Shown: positions 1-7,742 of the stretch, in pieces
How positions within the stretch are numbered: the first letter of the stretch is position 1
How the letters are laid out: each line of letters opens with the position of its first letter
Assembly: GCA_022798795.1 (NCBI GenBank)
Contig: JAAWNF010000004.1
Location: forward strand, 1 to 41,334
DNA length: 41,334 nt
Reading direction: 5' to 3'
Source: Bacilli bacterium
GTDB lineage: Bacteria > Bacillota_I > Bacilli_A > RF39 > UBA660
Notes under the pieces: model-generated
Told to the model about the DNA's origin: nothing
Seen by the model: only the letters and a program-made list of their open reading frames with translations
The model's database searches: none
Made by a program: the position numbers and the translations under genes

Positions 1-99
1 GGCTATGAATCCTTCCAGATGGTTGCCGACCTCGAAGCCTGCGGCATCCCGTTTGTCATCCGGGTCAAAAAGCCTTCCAGCAACTGGGTAATCCTGTAA
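1..99 (+). mobile_element. GC-rich fragment resembling the interior of an IS4-family DDE transposase
   Basis: Frame +1 reads GYESFQMVADLEACGIPFVIRVKKPSSNWVIL*, matching the (DR)GYxS...LxxxGxxFVIRxK motif of IS4-type transposases. The first ~88 nt are far more GC-rich than the rest of the window. Confidence 0.55.
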
Positions 100-148
100 T
101 TTCTCCAGATGTTTGAACATTTGGGAACAAGGAATGAAAAAGTTTCAT
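65..148 (-). pseudogene. mfd: Probable 5' end of mfd (transcription-repair coupling factor), interrupted near nt 88
   Basis: RBS GGAGGC at 155-160, ATG at 148, reads MKLFHSLFPNVQTSGEITGL and then enters foreign sequence and stops. mfd commonly follows pth in Bacilli, so the identity rests mostly on synteny. Confidence 0.4.
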
Positions 149-194
149 ATAATTGCCTCCTATACGCCAAAAAAGTGACACATTTGTATCACAA

Positions 195-755
195 CTATTT
201 TTTATTATATTTATTCATGACACTTTCAAAAGAATTTATACAAAAATCGTCAAAAATATCAATTACTGTATTTAGTACACTATCTATTTTTTCCTTTTCT
301 TCTATTGAAAATCTTCCTAATACATAATCTTTTGTATCATAATTTTTATTATTTGAAATTCCTATTTTTAGTCTTTTATATTCTTGCGTTTTTAAATGTT
401 GTTCTATGTTTTTTAGTCCATTATGGCCCCCTGAGCTTCCTTTATATTTCAACTTAATTTTCCCAGTTGGCATATCTAAATCATCACTGATGATTAATAT
501 ATCTGATACTGCTATTTTATAATATTGCATCAATGCTTTCACAGCTTCCCCAGATAGGTTCATATAGGTAAGCGGTTTTAATAATAATATTTTTTCATCT
601 TCTTTTTCAAAAATTGTATAAATCCCATTTCCTTTTTTTGAGTTCAAGGTAACATGATTTTTTAAAGCAATTTTATCAATTGCCATAAAGCCAACATTGT
701 GTCGCGTATTTTCATATTCTTTTCCTGGATTTCCTAATCCTACTATCATTTTCAT
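195..755 (-). CDS. pth: Peptidyl-tRNA hydrolase
   Basis: Motifs IVGLGNPGKEYENTRHNVGF, KPLTYMNLSG and GSSGGHNGLK. Confidence 0.98.
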   Translation of the reverse strand: MKMIVGLGNPGKEYENTRHNVGFMAIDKIALKNHVTLNSKKGNGIYTIFEKEDEKILLLKPLTYMNLSGEAVKALMQYYKIAVSDILIISDDLDMPTGKIKLKYKGSSGGHNGLKNIEQHLKTQEYKRLKIGISNNKNYDTKDYVLGRFSIEEKEKIDSVLNTVIDIFDDFCINSFESVMNKYNKK

Positions 756-1603
756 AAATCCACCTGCTTTATCCCATGATACTCATTATATATTTCACTC
801 GTTTTTACATTTCTATCTTTCGCTACTTTTTTTATTGCTTCTTTTGTATTATAACCTTGTGTTAAATAAATATTAACATGGTCTATAATAGATAAAGAAT
901 CATAATTTTTTTCATCATGATTTCCAGTAACTATTAATACCATTTCTCCTTTGGCATCTTCTATTTCTAGTAATACCTCACTAATGGTTCCACGATAAAC
1001 TTCTTCAAATTTTTTTGTTATTTCTCTTGAAATGCTGATATTTCGTTCCCCAAAAATATGAGATATATTTTGAAGAGTATCTTTTATTCGATGTGGTGCT
1101 TCATAAAAAATCAATGTATAAGGAAAATCTTTTAAATTTTCGAGTTCTTTTTTTCTTTTACTTTCTTTACTGCTTAAAAATCCATAAAACAAAAATGGAT
1201 TTGGTTCTATCCCAGATGAAGTGAGGGCTGGAATAAGAGCGGTTGCTCCTGGAAGAGATACTACATTATATCCTGCTTCTATTGCTATTTTTGATAAAGC
1301 ATATCCTGGGTCACTAATAATAGGAGTTCCTCTATCACTCGCTAGTCCAACATTTTTTCCTTCTTTTAAAAATTGTATTAACTTCTCACTATTTTGTCTT
1401 TCATTATGTTCATGATTTGCGATTAAAGGCTTTTTTATATTTAAACTTTTTAATAATTGTCCTGTTACTCTTGTATCTTCTGAAAATATAACATCTACAA
1501 ACTGTAATATTTTAATCGTTCTAAGTGTAATATCGTCCATGTTCCCAATAGGAGTTGGAATTAAATATAAGGTTGGACTATTATCATAACTTTTCTGTGA
1601 CAT
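752..1603 (-). CDS. rsmI: 16S rRNA (cytidine1402-2'-O)-methyltransferase
   Basis: Motifs LYLIPTPIGNMDDIT, SDRGTPIISDPG, IFYEAPHR and REITKKFEE. Start placed at ATG 1603 after RBS GAGGTG. Confidence 0.96.
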   Translation of the reverse strand: MSQKSYDNSPTLYLIPTPIGNMDDITLRTIKILQFVDVIFSEDTRVTGQLLKSLNIKKPLIANHEHNERQNSEKLIQFLKEGKNVGLASDRGTPIISDPGYALSKIAIEAGYNVVSLPGATALIPALTSSGIEPNPFLFYGFLSSKESKRKKELENLKDFPYTLIFYEAPHRIKDTLQNISHIFGERNISISREITKKFEEVYRGTISEVLLEIEDAKGEMVLIVTGNHDEKNYDSLSIIDHVNIYLTQGYNTKEAIKKVAKDRNVKTSEIYNEYHGIKQVDL

Positions 1604-1617
1604 TTTTCTCACCTCAC

Positions 1618-2331
1618 TTATGAAAAATACTTCATTACTTCTTCTGTATAGCTTCCATCTTTATGGTGTACATATAAAGGGGGAAGAATTTTCAATCCAG
1701 AATTACCATTCTTTTTTCCTTCTATTAATAGAATGTGACTATTTTCTTTTGCATTTGGATATACATATTGAATTTTTTTAGGTTCAATATTATTCTTTCT
1801 CATTTCTACTAAAATATCAACCAAGCGTTCAGGTCTATGAACCAAAGCGATAACACCACCATTTTTTAATAATTTTCGAGCTACTCTTAAAACATCTTCT
1901 AAAGTTAATGTTACTTCATGACGTGCTATTGTTTTCTCATCTTTTTCATTAAAATGAGAATTTTCGCATACTTTAAAAAAAGGAGGATTACAAGTAATCA
2001 CATCATATTGGTCTGTTTCAAATGAATAACTTCTAATATCATCCTCTATAATTTGAATTTGATTTTCCAAATTATTTAATACTACTGATTTCCTAGCTAG
2101 TTCGGCACTCTTCTTTTGAATTTCTATTCCAATTATCTGTGCTTCTGTTTTTGTCGATAAAATAAGAGGGATTGGTGCATTTCCTGTTCCTATATCTAAT
2201 ATTTTTTTTACATTTTTATTTATGGTTACAAAGTTTGGCAATAATATCGAATCAATTGAAAATCGAAAACTATCACTATCTTGAATAATCTTTAGATTTT
2301 CGTAACTCAATACATAATTAATGATTTCCAC
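1618..2331 (-). CDS. yabB: tRNA1(Val) adenine(37)-N6-methyltransferase (YabB/TrmN6)
   Basis: Motifs FSIDSILL, LDIGTGNA, CNPPFF, ARHE and VHRPERL; conserved position between yaaT and rsmI. Confidence 0.93.
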   Translation of the reverse strand: MEIINYVLSYENLKIIQDSDSFRFSIDSILLPNFVTINKNVKKILDIGTGNAPIPLILSTKTEAQIIGIEIQKKSAELARKSVVLNNLENQIQIIEDDIRSYSFETDQYDVITCNPPFFKVCENSHFNEKDEKTIARHEVTLTLEDVLRVARKLLKNGGVIALVHRPERLVDILVEMRKNNIEPKKIQYVYPNAKENSHILLIEGKKNGNSGLKILPPLYVHHKDGSYTEEVMKYFS

Positions 2332-3109
2332 AAACTTCTTCTTCTCTTACACCAATTCCTGAAATTTCCACTGAATATTTTTTATTCAAAATATCAACTG
2401 ACACTACTTTTCCTCTTCCTTCTTCTGTCTCTATTATTTCTCCTATTTTAGGTAAACACTTTCTACATTCTGAATAGGTTTCATCCTCATATTTTAAACA
2501 ACATAATAATCTTCCACAGGCACCATTTATTTTTGTTTGATTGAGTGAGATATTTTGATTTTTTGCCATATTAATAGAAACAGATTCAAAATCATTCAAA
2601 AAGCATGAGCAACATAAAGGTCTTCCACATGGTCCAATTCCGCCAATTTCTTTTGCTTTGTCACGTACTCCTACTTGCCTCAATTCAATTCTAGTTTTAT
2701 AAATAGAAGCCAGCTCTTTTGCTAAATTTCTAAAATCAACTCTCGCATCCGCTAAAAAACGAAATACAAGTTGTGTTCTATCAAATGTATAATGAGCATC
2801 TATAATCTGCATGTTTAAATGTTCTTTGATTGCTAAGTCTCTACATTTTTTGAGTGCTTCTTCTGCATCTTTTAAGTTTTTCTTATTTGCATAATAATCT
2901 TGTTTGGTGGCAATTCGAACCACGTTTTTTAATGGAGACATTAGTTTTTTTTCTTCTATAGAAAAGGCTTCTTTTGTTACTTTTCCAAACTGCTCTCCTT
3001 TGTCTGTTTCCACTATTACTGTAATATTATTTTTTAGTTTCAAATTATTTGGTGAAAAATAGTACATTCTACCTTTTTCTTCAAATGAAATTCCTACTAC
3101 TTCTATCAT
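2318..3109 (-). CDS. yaaT: PSP1-domain protein YaaT/RicT
   Basis: Motifs RVDFRNLAKELA, RIELRQVGVRD, GGIGPCGRPLCC and GACGRLLCCLKYE. Confidence 0.96.
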   Translation of the reverse strand: MIEVVGISFEEKGRMYYFSPNNLKLKNNITVIVETDKGEQFGKVTKEAFSIEEKKLMSPLKNVVRIATKQDYYANKKNLKDAEEALKKCRDLAIKEHLNMQIIDAHYTFDRTQLVFRFLADARVDFRNLAKELASIYKTRIELRQVGVRDKAKEIGGIGPCGRPLCCSCFLNDFESVSINMAKNQNISLNQTKINGACGRLLCCLKYEDETYSECRKCLPKIGEIIETEEGRGKVVSVDILNKKYSVEISGIGVREEEVCGNH

Positions 3110-3113
3110 TCTC

Positions 3114-4073
3114 TCACCGCCTTGTTAGTTCTAATATTAATTTATCGATTAAAAGATTATTATTCATATTTACTTTGATTTTCTTTTTCAATTCCATAAT
3201 GATATTCACTTTTTTAGATATTTGTTCTATTTCATTTTTAAGTGCTAATTCATTTATAAATGTTTGTTCATCAAAGAAAATATGTAAATTTCTTCCACAT
3301 TTTATATTTAGTACATCATTATAAAAAAATATCATGATATCAAATGCTAATAAAAATTCCTCTTTTTCTTTTATCATTGTGTGCCATAATTTATTTGTAT
3401 AAAACAACGTATCAATTCCCTTTTTTTCGACATATTCTATAAAATGAATTACATTATGAATAAAATTCTGATATTTTTCTTGTTCCTCTTCTTGTTCTAA
3501 TTCAAAAATATTATTTTTAATATATATCTTTGCTCTCGAAATCGTTGTTTCTTCTATCTCCTCTTTTTTTTCTTTTGTTAAAGACAAAATTTGGCAGCGG
3601 CTTCTTATTGTTTCCAAAACTTGAAATATGTTTCCTGTTGTTAAAATTGCAATAATCCCTGCCTCTGGTTCCTCTAAAAATTTAAGCAAAGAATTAGCGG
3701 CTGCTTTATTTAGTCGCTCTACTTGATGAATAATATATATTTTATATAATCCTTCTAAAGATTTTTTGCTAAATTCTTCTTGGAGCTCGTCCATTTGCTC
3801 TTTTTTTATCCAAAGACCATCTGGCTCTACAATTTTTAATTCAATATAATTAAAATCAGCTATTTTTTGACATTGTGTACATTGTCCACAATCTAAATTA
3901 GTCGTTTTATGGGATGGACATAATAGATATTTTACAAAAGAAAGTACCATTTGTTCTCCAAATGCACAATTTTTCGTATCAATCAAATATGCATGGGATA
4001 ATTTATTATTTATCACTGCATTTTTCATCATTCGATATACAATTGGCTGTTTTTCTTTGTAATCATCTAACAT
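3114..4073 (-). CDS. holB: DNA polymerase III delta' subunit
   Basis: Motifs LSHAYL, zinc-module Cys residues, AANSLLKFLEEP and TIRSRCQ. Start at ATG 4073 after AGGTGA. Confidence 0.93.
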   Translation of the reverse strand: MLDDYKEKQPIVYRMMKNAVINNKLSHAYLIDTKNCAFGEQMVLSFVKYLLCPSHKTTNLDCGQCTQCQKIADFNYIELKIVEPDGLWIKKEQMDELQEEFSKKSLEGLYKIYIIHQVERLNKAAANSLLKFLEEPEAGIIAILTTGNIFQVLETIRSRCQILSLTKEKKEEIEETTISRAKIYIKNNIFELEQEEEQEKYQNFIHNVIHFIEYVEKKGIDTLFYTNKLWHTMIKEKEEFLLAFDIMIFFYNDVLNIKCGRNLHIFFDEQTFINELALKNEIEQISKKVNIIMELKKKIKVNMNNNLLIDKLILELTRR

Positions 4074-4088
4074 ATCTCTCACCTACTT

Positions 4089-4277
4089 TTAAAAAATCGC
4101 TAATAAAATTACCAAAAATCCAAATAAGGCTGGAAGGCCTAATATAGAAATTGTTAAAACTGTTATAAAATTTAAAGGAATACTAATATTGAGTGGTGCT
4201 ACTATTAAATTAAATCCATATAGCAAAAATCCACTCACTACAATTTTTTTAAAAAAAGAAAATATTTTTTTTATCAT
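4089..4277 (-). CDS. bofA: BofA-family small membrane protein (pro-sigmaK processing inhibitor family)
   Basis: Hydrophobic 62-aa protein with an LLYGFN...IPLNFITV...ILGLP pattern, downstream of recR as in Bacillus. Confidence 0.75.
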   Translation of the reverse strand: MIKKIFSFFKKIVVSGFLLYGFNLIVAPLNISIPLNFITVLTISILGLPALFGFLVILLAIF

Positions 4278-4307
4278 ATTATCACCAGTATAGTTTATGA
4301 TAACAAT

Positions 4308-4928
4308 TTAAGAATTATTTTCTTCTTTATTCGATATTTTTTTTCTATCTTCTAATGCCATCTCTAAAGTTAAAGTATCAATATAATCCATATCAGCTCC
4401 AAGAGGAACTCCATGAGCAATTTTAGAAACAACGACTTCCTTTTTTTCTAATAATTTTAATATATAAAGTGAAGTTGTTTCTCCTTCTATACTTGGTTTG
4501 ACTGCAATTATAACTTCTTTAATATTATCTTTTTCAATTCTATCAATCAATGTTTCTATTTTAATATCTTCTGGGTTAATTCCATCTAATGGTGATATTA
4601 AACCATCTAGTACATGATATAGTCCATGATAAGAACCTAATTTTTCAAAAAGTGCTACATTCTTAGGGTCTTCTACAACACAGACAATATCACGTTCTCT
4701 AGTACTATCTTTACAAATACTACATACATCTTCTTCTGATAAATTATTACAAACTTCACATCGTCTAATTTTAGTTTTGGTATTCTCTAAAGATTCAGAA
4801 AATAAATGAATGATTTCTGCATCTAAATTTAAAGTAGAAAGAGCCAAACGTTCTGCTGTCTTTTCACCAATACCTGGAAGTTTTTTAAAACATTCAATCA
4901 AATGTTTTATTGTTGTTGGATAATTCAT
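4308..4928 (-). CDS. recR: Recombination mediator RecR
   Basis: Motifs KLPGIGEKTAERLA, C4 zinc finger, YHVLDGLISPLDG and EGETT. Start at ATG 4928. Confidence 0.97.
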   Translation of the reverse strand: MNYPTTIKHLIECFKKLPGIGEKTAERLALSTLNLDAEIIHLFSESLENTKTKIRRCEVCNNLSEEDVCSICKDSTRERDIVCVVEDPKNVALFEKLGSYHGLYHVLDGLISPLDGINPEDIKIETLIDRIEKDNIKEVIIAVKPSIEGETTSLYILKLLEKKEVVVSKIAHGVPLGADMDYIDTLTLEMALEDRKKISNKEENNS

Positions 4929-4929
4929 T

Positions 4930-5226
4930 TTAGAAAAGCCCTGGAAGTCCTTGTGTATATTTTCCCATTTTTTGTTCTGTAGTATCATCTACTTTTTTTA
5001 GTGCTTCATTTGTTGCTACTAAAATCATATCTTCTAACATTTCTATATCGTCTTTCTCTAAACTGTCTTGTTCTATTTTTACACTTAATATTTCTTTTTT
5101 CCCGTTTGCTTTTACAGTAACAAAGGAAGAAGTTCCTTCAAATTCCATTTTATCAATTTTTTCTTTTTCTTCCATCATATCTTTTTGTAATTTCTGCGCT
5201 TGCTTCATCATTGCTTGTATATTCAT
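4930..5226 (-). CDS. ybaB: YbaB/EbfC nucleoid-associated protein
   Basis: MMKQAQKLQ...[17 protein letters not shown]; lies between dnaX and recR. Confidence 0.95.
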   Translation of the reverse strand: MNIQAMMKQAQKLQKDMMEEKEKIDKMEFEGTSSFVTVKANGKKEILSVKIEQDSLEKDDIEMLEDMILVATNEALKKVDDTTEQKMGKYTQGLPGLF

Positions 5227-5238
5227 TTTCACACTCTC

Positions 5239-6954
5239 CTATTCGCTATATTCTATGATATCTTCAAACATACTTTCTATTTTATTTTTTTCTGTTTTAA
5301 TAAACTCATTTTCTAATTCATGATAAAGTTCTGGCTCTTCTTGCCAATCATACGTTTTCGATTTTGAATTAAATTCTTGTTTTATTTCATTCCAATCATC
5401 AATGTTAGTTGCTACCACTTTTATATCTTCCTCATACGTTCTCTTGATAATTGATTCTATTGGCTGCCAATTATGATTAAATAAATATTCCATTGGTTCA
5501 TCTTTATATACAAAAATCATATATCCTTTTCCTGCTGCTTTTAATTCACCATCTAGAATCAAAGATGCCCACTGACTACAGTTTTCGTCTATCAAACAAG
5601 TAGAAATCATATTTATTTTTTCTTTATATTCTAATAGTTGTTTTCTATTAAAGATACATAAAGTATTATTAATTCTTATTTTTTTTATTTCTTCTATTCT
5701 ATTTTCATCTATTTTTTCCGTTTTATTTTCAACTTTCTCTTTTTTTTCTTTATTTTCAACGGTTTTCGGTATTTGCGTTATTTCTACGCTAAAGTCGTTT
5801 TTTGCTGTTTTTTCAGGTATTTTATTATTTTCTGTTTCTTTTTCTGCTATTTTGTCACTTTTATTCTCATTTTTATATTCTTTTTGAGATAAATTTAACA
5901 TTTTTATTAAATGTAATTCTAATGTTATTTTTTCATTATCTGAATTTTTCATTTCATATATTGCTTCTGAAAATTGATGAATATAATTTAATAACAAATT
6001 TTGATTCATATTATGACTTAATCCTAAATAGTTTTGCTGTTCTGTTTTATCAAAATAATCAGGCGCTATTTGAAATACTAATATATTTCTCAGATAATAG
6101 ATTAATTCTTCTACTAGTTTTATCAAATTCTTACCTTTATCGTCCAATTCATCAAATTTTTTCAGTAATTCAGTAATATTATTATCCAATATCATCTGGA
6201 TAATATGATTCATTTCTTCATTTCCAATTGTTCCATTAATATCATGCACATCTTGACAAGTTATATTATTTGGGCAATAGGATATGACTTGGTCTAATAA
6301 ACTAATGGAATCTCTCATCCCGCCTTGTGATAGAATAGCAATTTCTTTTAATGCTTCTTCTTCAATCATAATATTTTCTTGCTCTACTATTTTTTTTAAA
6401 TTTTCCATTATCTTATTTACACTTATTTTTTTAAAATCAAATCTTTGGCATCTTGATAATATTGTTGCTGGAATTTTATGAGCTTCTGTTGTTGCCAAAA
6501 TAAATAAGATATGAGATGGAGGTTCTTCTAATGTCTTTAATAGTGCATTAAAAGCGCCTGTGCTTAACATATGAACTTCATCAATAATATAAACTTTGTA
6601 TTTACTATTAGATGGTACCAAGTTTACTTTACTTTTTAGTTCTCTAATTTCATCCACGCCATTATTTGATGCTGCATCTATTTCAATAATGTCTGTACTC
6701 TGCTTATTATTTATTTGAATACAACTATCACATTCATTACAAGGTTCAAACCCCTTTAAGTTTTGACAATTGATAGTTTTAGCTAATATTTTAGCTGTGC
6801 TTGTTTTTCCGGTTCCTCTTGGTCCAGAAAATAAATAAGCATGGGTTAATTTATTATTTGCGATTGCATTTTTTAATGTTTGAACAATTGTGTCCTGACC
6901 TATTACATCATCAAATCTAGTTGGCCTATATTTTCTATATAAGGCTTGATACAT
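5239..6954 (-). CDS. dnaX: DNA polymerase III subunit gamma/tau
   Basis: Motifs YQALYRKYRP, GPRGTGKT, EIDAASNNGVD, IIDEVHML and SRCQ. ATG 6954 follows RBS GGAGGTG. Confidence 0.98.
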   Translation of the reverse strand: MYQALYRKYRPTRFDDVIGQDTIVQTLKNAIANNKLTHAYLFSGPRGTGKTSTAKILAKTINCQNLKGFEPCNECDSCIQINNKQSTDIIEIDAASNNGVDEIRELKSKVNLVPSNSKYKVYIIDEVHMLSTGAFNALLKTLEEPPSHILFILATTEAHKIPATILSRCQRFDFKKISVNKIMENLKKIVEQENIMIEEEALKEIAILSQGGMRDSISLLDQVISYCPNNITCQDVHDINGTIGNEEMNHIIQMILDNNITELLKKFDELDDKGKNLIKLVEELIYYLRNILVFQIAPDYFDKTEQQNYLGLSHNMNQNLLLNYIHQFSEAIYEMKNSDNEKITLELHLIKMLNLSQKEYKNENKSDKIAEKETENNKIPEKTAKNDFSVEITQIPKTVENKEKKEKVENKTEKIDENRIEEIKKIRINNTLCIFNRKQLLEYKEKINMISTCLIDENCSQWASLILDGELKAAGKGYMIFVYKDEPMEYLFNHNWQPIESIIKRTYEEDIKVVATNIDDWNEIKQEFNSKSKTYDWQEEPELYHELENEFIKTEKNKIESMFEDIIEYSE

Positions 6955-6975
6955 ATTCCACCTCCAAACAGTTTT

Positions 6976-7004
6976 ATTATAACACAAATTTATCCTATAA
7001 TAAA
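6976..7004 (-). promoter_or_regulatory. Putative sigmaA promoter of dnaX (extended -10)
   Basis: Minus strand TTTATT-17nt-TATAAT with a TGn extension (TGTTATAAT at 6976-6984). Confidence 0.55.
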
Positions 7005-7007
7005 AGG

Positions 7008-7466
7008 TCAATCTTTCATTTGACCTCTTTTATCTTTGAAAAACTTTTTTAATAGATTTGATGCTTCGATTTCACAAACTCCTTTTTCTATAATTGGAAT
7101 ATGATTGTTTTTTTCATTCGTCATTTTACTCAAACTTTCTATATAGCCAAATTTAGGACTAGATGTTGCATACACTAGCTTTTTAATTCTCGATTGAATG
7201 ATTGCACCTGCGCACATTAAACAAGGTTCTAAAGTAACATATAAAGTGCATTCTTCTAAGTGCCAATTTTGAAATTGTTCACAGGCTTCTTTTATCACCA
7301 ATATTTCAGCATGGTCTATTGCATTTCTATTGATTTCTTTTCGGTTATGATTTTTAACAATAATTTTATCGTTGTAAACCAGAACTGCTCCTACAGGTAC
7401 ATCTCCTTCTTTATATGCTTTCTCTGCTTCTTTTATTGCTTCTTCCATATAATATTTATCTTCCAA
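7008..7466 (-). CDS. tadA: tRNA adenosine(34) deaminase
   Basis: Motifs GDVPVGAV, HAE and LYVTLEPCLMCAGAI. Start likely TTG 7466, since the ORF-track GTG at 7502 falls inside the SRP RNA. Confidence 0.93.
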   Translation of the reverse strand: MEDKYYMEEAIKEAEKAYKEGDVPVGAVLVYNDKIIVKNHNRKEINRNAIDHAEILVIKEACEQFQNWHLEECTLYVTLEPCLMCAGAIIQSRIKKLVYATSSPKFGYIESLSKMTNEKNNHIPIIEKGVCEIEASNLLKKFFKDKRGQMKD

Positions 7467-7491
7467 ACTAATCACATCCTTATACAAAAAA

Positions 7492-7568
7492 ATGACGCAC
7501 ACACTCAGAGGTTTTTAAGGCTGCTATCTTCCAATTCTGACCTGGTTCAAACATGAATGTTGCGTCAT
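7492..7568 (-). ncRNA. ffs: Signal recognition particle RNA, small 4.5S-type
   Basis: Minus strand GAACCAGGTCAGAATTGGAAGATAGCAGCC matches the SRP helix-8 core (CAG..GGAA..AGCAG). Closing stem TGACGCA-CATTCA / TGAGTG-TGCGTCA. Next to tadA/dnaX like Bacillus scr. Confidence 0.9.
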
Positions 7569-7572
7569 ATAT

Positions 7573-7601
7573 AGGATATATCATTTAATGATTATTTGCA
7601 A
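7573..7601 (-). promoter_or_regulatory. sigmaA-type promoter for ffs
   Basis: TTGCAA (7596-7601)-17nt-TATCCT (7573-7578) directly upstream of the RNA 5' end. Confidence 0.6.
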
Positions 7602-7611
7602 ACAATTTTAA

Positions 7612-7627
7612 TGTTCCACGTGAAACA
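7612..7627. promoter_or_regulatory. parS: parS site 1
   Basis: TGTTCCACGTGAAACA, a perfect match to TGTTNCACGTGAAACA. Confidence 0.95.
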
Positions 7628-7646
7628 TTTTATTTTTCCACTTCGA

Positions 7647-7662
7647 TGTTTCACGTGGAACA
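7647..7662. promoter_or_regulatory. parS: parS site 2
   Basis: TGTTTCACGTGGAACA, the reverse complement of site 1. Confidence 0.95.
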
Positions 7663-7691
7663 TTCTTTCTTATTCTGTTATCGACCCTATA

Positions 7692-7707
7692 TGTTTCACG
7701 TGGAACA
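7692..7707. promoter_or_regulatory. parS: parS site 3
   Basis: TGTTTCACGTGGAACA. Confidence 0.95.
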
Positions 7708-7710
7708 TAC

Positions 7711-7742
7711 AAAAACCAGAAGCACTTTTATGCTTCTGGTTT
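7711..7742 (-). terminator. Intrinsic terminator of gyrA, overlapping its stop codon
   Basis: Minus strand AAACCAGAAGCA-taaaag-TGCTTCTGGTTT-TT. Confidence 0.85.

Noticed and set aside
5728-5750. A8 run (GAA AAA AAA GAG, minus strand) in the dnaX linker, with a -1 frame stop four codons later, as a possible gamma-subunit frameshift site
   Set aside because: A8 runs are frequent in this AT-rich sequence, no upstream SD-like or downstream hairpin stimulator is evident, and B. subtilis makes only tau.
7612-7707. Short repeats with spacers as a mini-CRISPR array
   Set aside because: The repeats are 16-bp parS palindromes with unequal 19- and 29-nt gaps, and there are no cas genes.
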